Assembly (NCBI GenBank): GCA_964390805.1
Contig: CAYMKL010000014.1
Location: 706-64,705 of the forward strand
Source of the DNA: an uncultured Anaerolineae bacterium
GTDB lineage: Bacteria; Chloroflexota; Anaerolineae; VGOG01
DNA length: 64,000 nt
Direction: 5' to 3'
Position numbers and translations under genes: made by a program. Under the pieces are notes generated by a model, which ran no database searches, was not told where the DNA came from, and was given only the letters and a program-made list of their open reading frames with translations. This document shows, piece by piece, positions 18,691-26,620 of this stretch (the first letter of the stretch is position 1; each line of letters begins with the position of its first letter).

Positions 18691-19847
18691 ACGGAGATGG
18701 GGTTCTGACTGGTGAGTTCTTCATGATGGGCGACATTGCCTGCGCCGAGGGGGCGATCTCCGCCGGTTGCCGTTTCTTTGGCGGCTACCCCATCACTCCG
18801 GCTACGGAAGTTGCCGAACGCATGGCTGCACGGATGCCCCAGGTGGGGGGGACCTATATCCAAATGGAGGATGAGCTGGCCTCCGTGATTGCTGTGCTGG
18901 GAGCTTCGTGGGGCGGGGTCAAAGCCATGACCGCTACTTCTGGCCCCGGTTTCAGTTTGATGATGGAGAACCTGGGCCTGGGGATCATGACCGAGACCCC
19001 TTGTGTGCTGGTTAATGTGCAGCGGGGTGGCCCGTCCACGGGATTGCCCACTCTGGTGGCACAGGGCGACATGATGCAAGCTCGCTGGGGCTCGCACGGC
19101 CCCTATGAGATCATCGCCCTGGCCCCCAGTTCCCCCCAAGAGCTTTTCGATTTGACCATCCGCGCCTTCAACCTCTCTGAGAAATACCGCACCCCGGTGC
19201 TGGTCATGACCGACGCTGAAGTGGGGCACATGACGGAGAAAGTAGTCATTCCCCCGCCAGAGGAGATCGAGACCTTCTCGCGCCGCAAGCCCACTGTTCC
19301 TCCCCATGAATATCTACCCTATAAGGCCGACGACGATCTCGTGCCCCCTATGGCCAACGCTGGCGAAGGCTACCGCTTTCACATAACGGGACTCACCCAC
19401 GACGATCGTGGCTACCCCGGCATGGACGCCAAAACCCAGGAGATATTGATCAATCGCCTGGTCGAGAAGATCAGAAGGAACAAGGACGATATAATTCAAC
19501 TCGAAGAGGATAGGTTAGAGGATGCTGAAGTAGTGGTCTGCTCCTATGGCATCTCCGCTCGCACGGCCCTCTGGCCGGTGGAGTTGGCCCGGCGGGAAGG
19601 CATAAAGGTGGGCACTTTGCGGCTGATTACGGTCTGGCCCTTTCCTGAGGAACAGATCAGGCAGTTGGCCAGGAAGGTGAAGGCTTTCGTTGTGCCAGAG
19701 CTGAACTATGGCCAGATCGTCCTGGAAGTGGAACGTTGCGCTGCTGGTCAGGCTGAGGCGATCCTGGTCCGCCATGCCGGCGGCGACATCCACAAGCCGG
19801 AGAAGGTACTGGAAGCGATCAGGAGGGCAGCAAACGGTGATCAGTAA
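18687..19847 (+). CDS. korA: 2-oxoacid (2-oxoglutarate/pyruvate):ferredoxin oxidoreductase alpha subunit
   Basis: 386 aa; ACAEGAISAGCRFFGGYPITPATE...TATSGPGFSLMMENLG typical KorA/PorA. Confidence 0.88.
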   Translation: MNGDGVLTGEFFMMGDIACAEGAISAGCRFFGGYPITPATEVAERMAARMPQVGGTYIQMEDELASVIAVLGASWGGVKAMTATSGPGFSLMMENLGLGIMTETPCVLVNVQRGGPSTGLPTLVAQGDMMQARWGSHGPYEIIALAPSSPQELFDLTIRAFNLSEKYRTPVLVMTDAEVGHMTEKVVIPPPEEIETFSRRKPTVPPHEYLPYKADDDLVPPMANAGEGYRFHITGLTHDDRGYPGMDAKTQEILINRLVEKIRRNKDDIIQLEEDRLEDAEVVVCSYGISARTALWPVELARREGIKVGTLRLITVWPFPEEQIRQLARKVKAFVVPELNYGQIVLEVERCAAGQAEAILVRHAGGDIHKPEKVLEAIRRAANGDQ

Positions 19848-19857
19848 TCAGTGTTAG
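19837..19857. repeat. heptamer array (ATCAGTG/AGTAATC) at korA 3' end
   Basis: ggtgatcagtaatcagtgtta. Confidence 0.5.
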
Positions 19858-19870
19858 GAGGTGAATAAGA

Positions 19871-20776
19871 ATGGCGAACAAGAGCAACAAACAGGCAATA
19901 ATCTCGAAACCCGAAACTCGAACCCCAAAACTCGAAACCCCAAATCCGAAACCCGACAGTCATCCTATGGACTATCTGCTGCGAGAGGATCGTCTGCCCC
20001 ACATTTGGTGCTCTGGGTGTGGCATCGGCGTGGCTTTGACCTGTTTTATCAAGGCCCTCCAGAAATCGGAGCTGGATTTGGACAAGGTGGCGGTGGTCTC
20101 AGGTATCGGCTGCACGGGGCGGGTGGCTGGCTACGTCAAGCTCGACTCCTTCCACACTACTCACGGGCGAGCGATCCCCTTCGCCACCGGGCTGAAGCTG
20201 GCCAATCCTGAGCTCAAAGTGGTGGTCTTCAGTGGCGACGGCGACCTGATCGCCATCGGCGGCAATCACCTCATACACGCCGCTCGCCGCAACTTAGATG
20301 TGGCCGTCATTTGCGTCAACAACTTCAATTACGGCATGACCGGTGGGCAGGTGGGACCGACCACGCCTCCAGGGGCCAGGACCAGCACTTCGCCCTACGG
20401 CTGCTTCGAGCACCCTTTCAACCTTCCCTACCTGGCTGCGGCTAGCGGAGCGGTGTACGTGGCCCGCTGGACGGCCCTTCACGTACGACGCCTGGAGAAG
20501 TCTATCCTCAATGCACTGCACAAAAGGGGGTTTAGTTTTGTGGAAGTCATCTCCCCTTGTCCCACTTTGTATGGTCGCTGGAACAAACAGCGCACGGGCC
20601 TGGCCCAGATGCAGTATTACCATGACCGGGGTGTCATAAAGCACGGCATTGATCCCAAAGAAGCTGACATTGATCTGCATGGGGAGATCATCGAAGGAGT
20701 GTTTGTGGACATCGAGAAGCCCACTTTTCTCGACTTCTGCAACGCGGCATTAACCAAAGGCATCAGTGATCAGTGA
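19871..20776 (+). CDS. korB: 2-oxoacid:ferredoxin oxidoreductase beta subunit (TPP-binding)
   Basis: 301 aa; WCSGCGIG...GIGCTGR...FSGDGD TPP motif; AGGAGGTG RBS before 19871; first 32 aa are encoded by a heptamer array. Confidence 0.88.
   Translation: MANKSNKQAIISKPETRTPKLETPNPKPDSHPMDYLLREDRLPHIWCSGCGIGVALTCFIKALQKSELDLDKVAVVSGIGCTGRVAGYVKLDSFHTTHGRAIPFATGLKLANPELKVVVFSGDGDLIAIGGNHLIHAARRNLDVAVICVNNFNYGMTGGQVGPTTPPGARTSTSPYGCFEHPFNLPYLAAASGAVYVARWTALHVRRLEKSILNALHKRGFSFVEVISPCPTLYGRWNKQRTGLAQMQYYHDRGVIKHGIDPKEADIDLHGEIIEGVFVDIEKPTFLDFCNAALTKGISDQ
19906..19957. repeat. heptanucleotide tandem array (CGAAACC family) encoding the N-terminal extension of KorB
   Basis: aaacccgaaactcgaaccccaaaactcgaaaccccaaatccgaaacccgac encodes KPETRTPKLETPNPKPD; reverse-complement family at 42030-42066. 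Confidence 0.6.
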
Positions 20777-20818
20777 TTAGTAAACAATGCCCGCTGATTA
20801 CTGATTACTCGTAACTGG
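20761..20818. repeat. inverted heptamer arrays (ATCAGTG ... TGATTAC) forming a hairpin between korB and korC
   Basis: catcagtgatcagtgattagta...ctgattactgattactcgtaactgg. Confidence 0.6.
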
Positions 20819-20834
20819 GCAAACCGGGGGAGTC

Positions 20835-21392
20835 ATGAGTCGAACAGAGATACGCTTAACTGGCTTTGGGGGGCAGGGCATCATTCTCTCAGGTTACATA
20901 ATAGGCAAAGCGGCGGCCATTCACGACAAGAAACAGGCCACTTTCACCCAGAGCTATGGCCCTGAGTCGCGAGGAGGAGCTTGTAGCGCTCAGTTGGTTA
21001 TCTCTGATGAGCACATTAGCTACCCTCATCTCACCGACCCGTCCATCTTAGTCGTGATGTCGCAGGAGGCCTACAACAAGTATGCTCCAACTCTGGGAGA
21101 AAAGGCTCTGCTCATCGTTGACGAGGACCTGGTGGAGATGGGCGAGGTAGCTGGCGATGTGAAGCTGCTCTCGGTCCCGGCTACGCGCCTGGCCGAGGAG
21201 CTGGGGCGGAAGATCGTGGCCAACATCGTCATGCTGGGCTTCTTCGCCGCTGTGACCGACGTGGTCTCCGTAGAGGCCATGCGGGAGGCAGTTCTTACCT
21301 CAGTCCCCAAAGGAACCGAGGAGTTGAACTCGAAGGCTTTTCAGAAGGGGTACGAGTACGGATCAGTGAACAGTAATCAGTGGACAGTCTGA
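20835..21392 (+). CDS. korC: 2-oxoacid:ferredoxin oxidoreductase gamma subunit
   Basis: 185 aa; IRLTGFGGQGIILSGYIIGKAA...QSYGPESRGG typical KorC/PorC. Confidence 0.88.
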   Translation: MSRTEIRLTGFGGQGIILSGYIIGKAAAIHDKKQATFTQSYGPESRGGACSAQLVISDEHISYPHLTDPSILVVMSQEAYNKYAPTLGEKALLIVDEDLVEMGEVAGDVKLLSVPATRLAEELGRKIVANIVMLGFFAAVTDVVSVEAMREAVLTSVPKGTEELNSKAFQKGYEYGSVNSNQWTV

Positions 21393-21420
21393 TTACTGAT
21401 TACTGGTAACTGGTAACTGT
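21361..21420. repeat. inverted heptamer arrays (ATCAGTG/TGATTAC/TGGTAAC) hairpin between korC and downstream gene
   Basis: gatcagtgaacagtaatcagtggacagtctgattactgattactggtaactggtaactg. Confidence 0.6.
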
Positions 21421-21433
21421 CCCGGGAGACACC

Positions 21434-24400
21434 ATGACCAATCCGGTATTGATCTTGGGCGGGAGCATTGGTGGCCTGCAGGCTGCTCTTGATCTAGCCA
21501 ACTCAGGGCTAGAAGTATGCCTGGTAGAGAGATCGCCCTTTCTGTGTCCTGAGCCTGTCGAAGGGCTTGAGGGTGATGTTGCAACGCCCTCGCACCTTCT
21601 GGCAAGCAAGTTCCTGGAGGCAGTTAAACACCCAAACATCCAGGTGTTCACCAATGCTGAGGTGACGCCCCCCCTTCATCCCCCCCAAAGCTGGGGGGGA
21701 AAAGCGGGAGGGCGGGGCGATTTCCAGATCGAGCTGCAGCAGCACCCCCGCTACGTGGACATGGCCAAGTGCACGGCTTGCGGAGAGTGCGTCCCCGTCT
21801 GTCCCGTGACGATACAGCGCCCCAGCGTCGTAGCGCCCCAGCGTCCAAGCGAGCAGCGCGTAGACGCCAAGACGCTTGGACGCTTCGACGCTGATCGACC
21901 CATCTACAAGCCCGATAACGCTGTGCCGAGCATTTTCGCCATCGAAAAGCGCGAGCCAGCGCCCTGCAAAGTAGCCTGCCCAGCCGGCATCCACGTCCAG
22001 GGCTACGTGGCCCTCATCGCCCAGGGCAAATCCGCCGAAGCCCTGGCCCTGATCCGCGAAGCCATCCCCTTCCCAGGCATCTGCGGCCGCGTCTGCCACC
22101 ACCCCTGCGAGGATGCCTGTCGGCGGGCCGAGCACGACCAGCCAATTGCCATCCAATACCTCAAGCGCTTTGTAGCAGATTGGGAAAAGTCCAACCTCCA
22201 ACCCCCAACCTCCAACCTCCAATGTCCAATATCCAATATCCAATATCCAACCAAAGTTGCCATCGTCGGCAGCGGCCCCGCCGGCCTCACTGCCGCCTAC
22301 TTTTTGGCCCGCGATGGCTATCCTGTCACCGTCTTCGAAGCCCTGCCTGTAGCTGGTGGCATGATGGCGGTGGGTATCCCCGCGTATCGCTTGCCCAGAG
22401 ATGTCCTCCAAAGCGAGATCGAGGCCATCAAGGATTTGGGGGTGGAGATCCGCACCAACACCGTCGTCGGCCCGAACGGTGATTTGTCTTTGGATGACCT
22501 CAGAAGGGACTACGATGCCGTGTTCGTGGCGGTGGGCGCTCATGGCAGCCGTAAGTTGAACGTTGAAGGTGAAGATTTAGCCGGCGTGCTTCACGGGGTA
22601 GATTTCCTGCGGGAGGTGAACCTGGACCCTTCGACAGGCTCAGGGCGCGGCCGGGAGGTCACGGTCGGCCAGAAGGTGCTGGTGATCGGTGGAGGCAACG
22701 TAGCCATTGATTCGGCCACGGTAGCCAGGCGATTGGGAGCACAGCAAGTCACCATACTCTACCGTCGTTCCCGCGAGGAGATGCCCGCCAATTCATGGGA
22801 GATCGAGGAGGCTGAAGAAGAGGACGTCGCCTTTCAATTTCTGACGACGCCGACCAGGGTGTTGGGCGAGAATGGACGGGTGACCGGGTTGGAATGTCTG
22901 CACATGGAGCTGGGCGAGCCCGACGAGAGCGGGCGAAGACGGCCCATGCCCCTCCCCGGTTCGGAGTTCGCGGTTGAGGCGGATACGGTTATTGTGGCCA
23001 TTGGCCAGGTGTTGGATATTGGATATTGGATATTGGAGGCCTGCCCTGAGCCTGGCCTAAGGGTTGGAAATTGGATCGTCGCGGATCCTGTGACTCTGCA
23101 GACGAATCTGGAGGGCGTTTTCGCTGGCGGCGATGCGGTGACGGGGCCGGCTACGGTCATCGAGGCCATCGCCGCGGGGAAGCGGGCGGCCGAGTCCATC
23201 GCGCGATACCTTAGGGGCGAAGACCTGGCCACCGGACGCAGGTTGGGGCGGCCTGACATCTCCGGCATCGAGTACTACACCCCACCCGTCGTCGAGCCAG
23301 AAGCCAGGGTGCCAATGCCCAAGCTCTCCTTAGCTGAAAGAGTGGATTTTGCCGAGACCAACCTGGGCTTCAGCGAGAGGGAGGCCATGGCCGAGGCGGA
23401 GCGCTGCCTCTCCTGCGGCGTCTGCTCTGAGTGCCTGGAGTGCGTCAAGGTCTGCGAGCCGGGAGCCATTGACCACAACGCTCAATGGGAGCGCCTGAGC
23501 CTGAACGTGGCGGCGGTGATTCTAGCGGATGGCAGGCAACAGCAGGGTGTGTATTCGATTAAGCCTGGGGACGCGTTAGAAGCCTCCGCTGCCGCTGCCA
23601 AAGTCATGGCCGACCTGGCCGCGTATCGAACATTCCCTCCAGTTCCCTCTTTCCCTTCTCTTTCCGCCCCTTCCAGAATTGGCGTGTTCGTCTGCTGCTG
23701 TGGCAACGAGATCAGCAGCGTCGTGGATGTTGATGTGGTGGTAGGCGAGATTTGCCGTTTGCCCGGCGTGGCTCTCGCTGAGAATGTTCCCTTTGCCTGC
23801 CATGAGGAGGGGACGGCGGCCATCCAGCAGGCCATCGTCGAGGAGGACCTGGATCGGGTGGTGCTGGCTGCCTGCTCTTGCTGCTCCCTCGACCAGGTCT
23901 GCGACAGTTGTACCTACCAGCGGGTGCGCTGCAAACTTCAAACGCTAAACTCTAAACTCCAAACTGGCTTCGAGTTTGTCAACATCCGCGAGCAGTGTGC
24001 CTGGGTGCACGCCGACGAGCCGCATAGAGCCACGGCCAAAGCCAGGAGCATCATCGCCTCTGCCGTAGCCAAGGCGCGTCAGGATGAAGCCAGGGCCAGG
24101 AGCACTGTTTCCCTCGACCAAAGCGTGTTGGTGATCGGGAACGGGATAGCTGGCGCGGTTTGCGCCGACGCACTACAGGCCCAAGGTTTCCAGGTTTTCC
24201 GAAGCGAGCCCCCGCCTCTGACTGTGAGAGGCTCCGTAGGCAACTTCACGGCGATCATGCCTGAATCAGGCGGGGAACGGGAGCTGAGGATCGGTGCCAT
24301 CGTCCTGGCCTCTGAGGGCGAGTTGGATATTGGAAATCCGGGAGTCTTCGCCTACGATCCGGAAGATGGGTGTGATCCGCAGGTCTGGGGTTTGGCCGTT

Positions 24401-24697
24401 GCCTCCAGGGTCGCGGCTTTGCTGAACAGGGGTTGGGCCCTGGTCGAGCCCGTCGTGGCCCAGGTTGATCCTGCCCGATGCCGGGCATGCGGTACCTGCC
24501 AGGAGATCTGTGGGTTCCACGCCGTCAGGGTGCGCGAGAATGGACGGGGTGTCCTGGTAGCTCAGGTGGATGAAGCCGCCTGCCTGGGTTGTGGCACCTG
24601 CGCCGCTCACTGTCCGTCGGGGGCGATCACGGCAGGCTATTCGACGGATAGGCAAATCGAAGCGATGCTAGTTGAGTTGGTAGGTTGTAGGGGGTGA
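21434..24697 (+). CDS. large FAD/FeS oxidoreductase: HdrA-like domains fused to a GltD-like NAD(P)H-binding domain (HdrL/Flox-like)
   Basis: 1087 aa; N-terminal GGSIGGLQAALDLA FAD fold; CTACGECVPVCPV 4Fe-4S; GltD-like block (CKVACPAGIHVQGYV, KVAIVGSGPAGLTAAYFLARDG); second half (IGVFVCCCGNEI...NIREQCAWVH) alignable with hdrA 28017-30638; C-terminal CRACGTCQEIC and CLGCGTCAAHC. Confidence 0.8.
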   Translation: MTNPVLILGGSIGGLQAALDLANSGLEVCLVERSPFLCPEPVEGLEGDVATPSHLLASKFLEAVKHPNIQVFTNAEVTPPLHPPQSWGGKAGGRGDFQIELQQHPRYVDMAKCTACGECVPVCPVTIQRPSVVAPQRPSEQRVDAKTLGRFDADRPIYKPDNAVPSIFAIEKREPAPCKVACPAGIHVQGYVALIAQGKSAEALALIREAIPFPGICGRVCHHPCEDACRRAEHDQPIAIQYLKRFVADWEKSNLQPPTSNLQCPISNIQYPTKVAIVGSGPAGLTAAYFLARDGYPVTVFEALPVAGGMMAVGIPAYRLPRDVLQSEIEAIKDLGVEIRTNTVVGPNGDLSLDDLRRDYDAVFVAVGAHGSRKLNVEGEDLAGVLHGVDFLREVNLDPSTGSGRGREVTVGQKVLVIGGGNVAIDSATVARRLGAQQVTILYRRSREEMPANSWEIEEAEEEDVAFQFLTTPTRVLGENGRVTGLECLHMELGEPDESGRRRPMPLPGSEFAVEADTVIVAIGQVLDIGYWILEACPEPGLRVGNWIVADPVTLQTNLEGVFAGGDAVTGPATVIEAIAAGKRAAESIARYLRGEDLATGRRLGRPDISGIEYYTPPVVEPEARVPMPKLSLAERVDFAETNLGFSEREAMAEAERCLSCGVCSECLECVKVCEPGAIDHNAQWERLSLNVAAVILADGRQQQGVYSIKPGDALEASAAAAKVMADLAAYRTFPPVPSFPSLSAPSRIGVFVCCCGNEISSVVDVDVVVGEICRLPGVALAENVPFACHEEGTAAIQQAIVEEDLDRVVLAACSCCSLDQVCDSCTYQRVRCKLQTLNSKLQTGFEFVNIREQCAWVHADEPHRATAKARSIIASAVAKARQDEARARSTVSLDQSVLVIGNGIAGAVCADALQAQGFQVFRSEPPPLTVRGSVGNFTAIMPESGGERELRIGAIVLASEGELDIGNPGVFAYDPEDGCDPQVWGLAVASRVAALLNRGWALVEPVVAQVDPARCRACGTCQEICGFHAVRVRENGRGVLVAQVDEAACLGCGTCAAHCPSGAITAGYSTDRQIEAMLVELVGCRG
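21549..21566. repeat. PEPVEG/LRQAQD element copy
   Basis: cctgagcctgtcgaaggg encodes PEPVEG. Confidence 0.55.
21667..21718. repeat. C7/G7 palindromic element inserted in-frame
   Basis: cccccccttcatcccccccaaagctgggggggaaaagcgggagggcgggg encodes PPLHPPQSWGGKAGGRG; near-identical copy at 30003-30050. Confidence 0.75.
22189..22250. repeat. heptamer tandem array (CCAACCT/CCAATAT) in-frame
   Basis: ccaacctccaacccccaacctccaacctccaatgtccaatatccaatatccaatatccaa encodes SNLQPPTSNLQCPISNIQYP. Confidence 0.65.
22627..22645. repeat. PEPVEG/LRQAQD element copy
   Basis: cccttcgacaggctcaggg encodes DPSTGSG. Confidence 0.5.
23012..23066. repeat. heptamer array TTGGATA x3 (inverse of 22189-22250) plus partial PEPVEG element
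   Basis: gttggatattggatattggatattggagg ... cctgccctgagcctggcctaagggttgg encodes VLDIGYWILEACPEPGLRVGNW. Confidence 0.6.
23932..23966. repeat. heptamer tandem array (CAAACTC/TAAACTC) in-frame
   Basis: gcaaacttcaaacgctaaactctaaactccaaactgg encodes KLQTLNSKLQT. Confidence 0.55.
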
Positions 24698-24866
24698 GTA
24701 CCATCTCTACCTGGCGGAGGAGCTGGGGTATTTGCAAAACGAAGATGCGAAAAGGCTATCGGCGATCAGCGATGAAGCAGCCAAAACCCTGCAGGGCCTC
24801 ATCAAATGGTTGGAAAAGCAGCTCCGAGCCGGCAAGCTCACCAAAGACGACCTGAAACGGTGAGCC
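24684..24866 (+). pseudogene. C-terminal remnant of a four-helix-bundle protein (23S rRNA IVS protein family), no start codon
   Basis: Frame +1 relative to upstream gene, open only from 24684: YHLYLAEELGYLQNEDAKRLSAISDEAAKTLQGLIKWLEKQL; matches C-terminal consensus (LgYi...ee...l.....ei.kmL.gLIk.L) of that family; bracketed by GGTTGTAGG and CCTACAACC repeats. Confidence 0.3.
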
Positions 24867-24900
24867 TACAACCTACCATCTACAACCTACTACCTGCTCA
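24866..24900. repeat. heptamer array CTACAAC/CTACCAT upstream of mvhD
   Basis: cctacaacctaccatctacaacctactacctgctc. Confidence 0.55.
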
Positions 24901-24911
24901 GTGGAGAAGCA

Positions 24912-25301
24912 ATGGCTGAAACGGAACCACGTGTCGTTGTGTTCACTTGTAACTGGAATGCCTACAGCGCGCTGGAGACGGCCGGCTCTAGGCGATTGGC
25001 TTATCCGGCCAACGTGCGCCCCATCCGGGTGATGTGCCTGGGACGGCTGCATCCGGGCCTCATTCTCAAGGCGTTTGAGTTGGGAGCCGATGGTGTCTTG
25101 CTCCTGGGCTGCCCGCCTGGAGAATGTCACTACGAGTTCGGCAACGAGCGGGTGGAAGAGCTTTTCCAGGAAACCAGCGCCATTGCCCATCTCCTGGGCA
25201 TCAAGGACGAGCGGTTGAAGCTGGATTCGGTGGGAGCAGGGGAAGGTGAGGCCTTCGTTCAGAAAGTGGCGGAGTTCTATCGGCAGGTTGTAGGGTTGTA
25301 G
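24912..25301 (+). CDS. mvhD: MvhD-like hydrogenase/heterodisulfide reductase iron-sulfur subunit D
   Basis: 129 aa; VVFTCNWNAYSALETAG...MCLGRLHPGL...GCPPGECHYEFGN Cys pattern of MvhD. Confidence 0.8.
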   Translation: MAETEPRVVVFTCNWNAYSALETAGSRRLAYPANVRPIRVMCLGRLHPGLILKAFELGADGVLLLGCPPGECHYEFGNERVEELFQETSAIAHLLGIKDERLKLDSVGAGEGEAFVQKVAEFYRQVVGL

Positions 25302-25347
25302 CAAGTAGTTGTAGCTATTTACTACAACCTACCATCTACCTACTGGA
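25285..25347. repeat. inverted heptamer arrays GTTGTAG ... CTACAAC (hairpin) at mvhD 3' end
   Basis: caggttgtagggttgtagcaagtagttgtagctatttactacaacctaccatctacctactgg. Confidence 0.55.
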
Positions 25348-25352
25348 GAACC

Positions 25353-26531
25353 ATGGAAGCCATTAAGCACATCATCAACAACACCAAAGCCTATTATTGC
25401 CTGGAGTGCGGCAAGTGCACTGCGATTTGTCCCATCTCGCGCCGGGAAGCTACCTACTCGCCTCGCCTGACGGTGGAGAGGGCCTTGTGGGGCGAAGGAG
25501 AGGAGCTATTGACCGATGCGCTGCTCTGGTCTTGCCTCACTTGCCAGCAATGCTCGACGCGCTGCCCCTCGGCTGTTCATTACGTGGAGTTCATCCGTGA
25601 CATGCGAGCTTTGGCGCGCGGGGAGGGTGAGGAGGGGCTCTGTTCGCACGGCGAAGCGATCCAGACCTGGATGCGGATGATGGCTTCGCCCGAGTTGAAG
25701 CAAAACCGCTTGGAGTGGCTCGATGAGGATCTAAAGGTTTCTGCCGACTCCGACACCGTCTACTTCGTCGGCTGCCTGCCGTATTACGACGTTCTTTTCA
25801 ACAAGATCGGCGCCCAGGGTGTGGAGATTGCCCAAAGCGCCGTCAGGGTGCTCAACCGATTGGGCATCAAGCCCATCATCTTGGAGAACGAGCGCTGCTG
25901 CGGCCACGACCTTCTGTGGGAGGGCGATGTCGCCAACTTCCGCAATCTGGCCGAACCGAACATCGCGATGCTCCAGGCGACAGGGGCCAAGCGCATCGTC
26001 ACCACCTGCCCCGAGTGCGCTCGCACACTAAAGGTTGACTACCCCGCCCACGTAGGCGACCTGGGGATGGAGGTAGTGCACATTTCACAGCTTCTGGCGG
26101 ATTGGAAGTTTGAAGTTGGAACTTCCCCCCCAAAGCCTGCCCTGAGCAAGGTCGAAGGGTTGGGGGGGATTGAGGGGGGGCTTAAAGTCACCTATCACGA
26201 TCCCTGTCGCCTGGGGCGGCACCTGGGCGTATACGAGGAACCGCGCCAGGTCATGAGTGTCCTGGGCCTGGAGTTGGTAGAGATGGAGCACAGCGGCAAG
26301 AACGCCCTGTGCTGCGGCACCAGTTGTTGGACCAATTGCGGGGCCGTCAACAAGCAGATCCAGGTGGACCGCCTGCGTGAAGCCCAGGCCACCGGTGCCG
26401 AGTTATTGGTTACTGCCTGCGCCAAGTGCCAGATCCATTTCAAATGCGCTCTGGACGATGCAAGAGTCAGTAACGAGATAGGGATTGAGATACGCGATTT
26501 GGTCACTTTGGTGGACGAAGCATTGGCTTAG
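25353..26531 (+). CDS. HdrC-HdrB-like fusion (2x4Fe-4S ferredoxin domain + two CCG cysteine-rich domains)
   Basis: 392 aa; CLECGKCTAICP and CLTCQQCSTRCP; CCGHDLLW and ...CCGTSCW...CAKC CCG-domain motifs. Confidence 0.8.
   Translation: MEAIKHIINNTKAYYCLECGKCTAICPISRREATYSPRLTVERALWGEGEELLTDALLWSCLTCQQCSTRCPSAVHYVEFIRDMRALARGEGEEGLCSHGEAIQTWMRMMASPELKQNRLEWLDEDLKVSADSDTVYFVGCLPYYDVLFNKIGAQGVEIAQSAVRVLNRLGIKPIILENERCCGHDLLWEGDVANFRNLAEPNIAMLQATGAKRIVTTCPECARTLKVDYPAHVGDLGMEVVHISQLLADWKFEVGTSPPKPALSKVEGLGGIEGGLKVTYHDPCRLGRHLGVYEEPRQVMSVLGLELVEMEHSGKNALCCGTSCWTNCGAVNKQIQVDRLREAQATGAELLVTACAKCQIHFKCALDDARVSNEIGIEIRDLVTLVDEALA
26097..26187. repeat. compound repeat: TTGGAAG heptamers + C7/G7 element carrying a nested PEPVEG element
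   Basis: ttggaagtttgaagttggaacttCCCCCCCAAAGcctgccctgagcaaggtcgaagggttGGGGGGGattgagGGGGGGG encodes WKFEVGTSPPKPALSKVEGLGGIEGGLKV in-frame in hdrCB-like gene. Confidence 0.7.
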
Positions 26532-26608
26532 TTTGGAAGTTGGACGTTGGAAGTTGGATGCTGGATGTTGGCCTTCAAATCTCTGACTTCCAACCTCTAA
26601 TCTCCAAC
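26532..26608. repeat. inverted heptamer arrays (TTGGAAG x5 ... TTCCAAC/CTCCAAC) intergenic hairpin
   Basis: ttggaagttggacgttggaagttggatgctggatgttgg...cttccaacctctaatctccaaca. Confidence 0.65.
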
Positions 26609-26620
26609 AAGGAGGAGGAA

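Noticed and set aside
21509-22543. 344-aa minus-strand ORF inside the HdrA-like gene
   Set aside because: Shadow ORF. The plus strand encodes conserved FAD/FeS/GltD motifs.
26540-26620. N-terminal extension MDVGSWMLDVGLQISDFQPLISNKEEE of the sugar dehydrogenase
   Set aside because: It is encoded entirely by the TTGGAAG heptamer hairpin. A strong GGAGGAGG RBS precedes ATG 26621, where the Rossmann-fold N-terminus begins.
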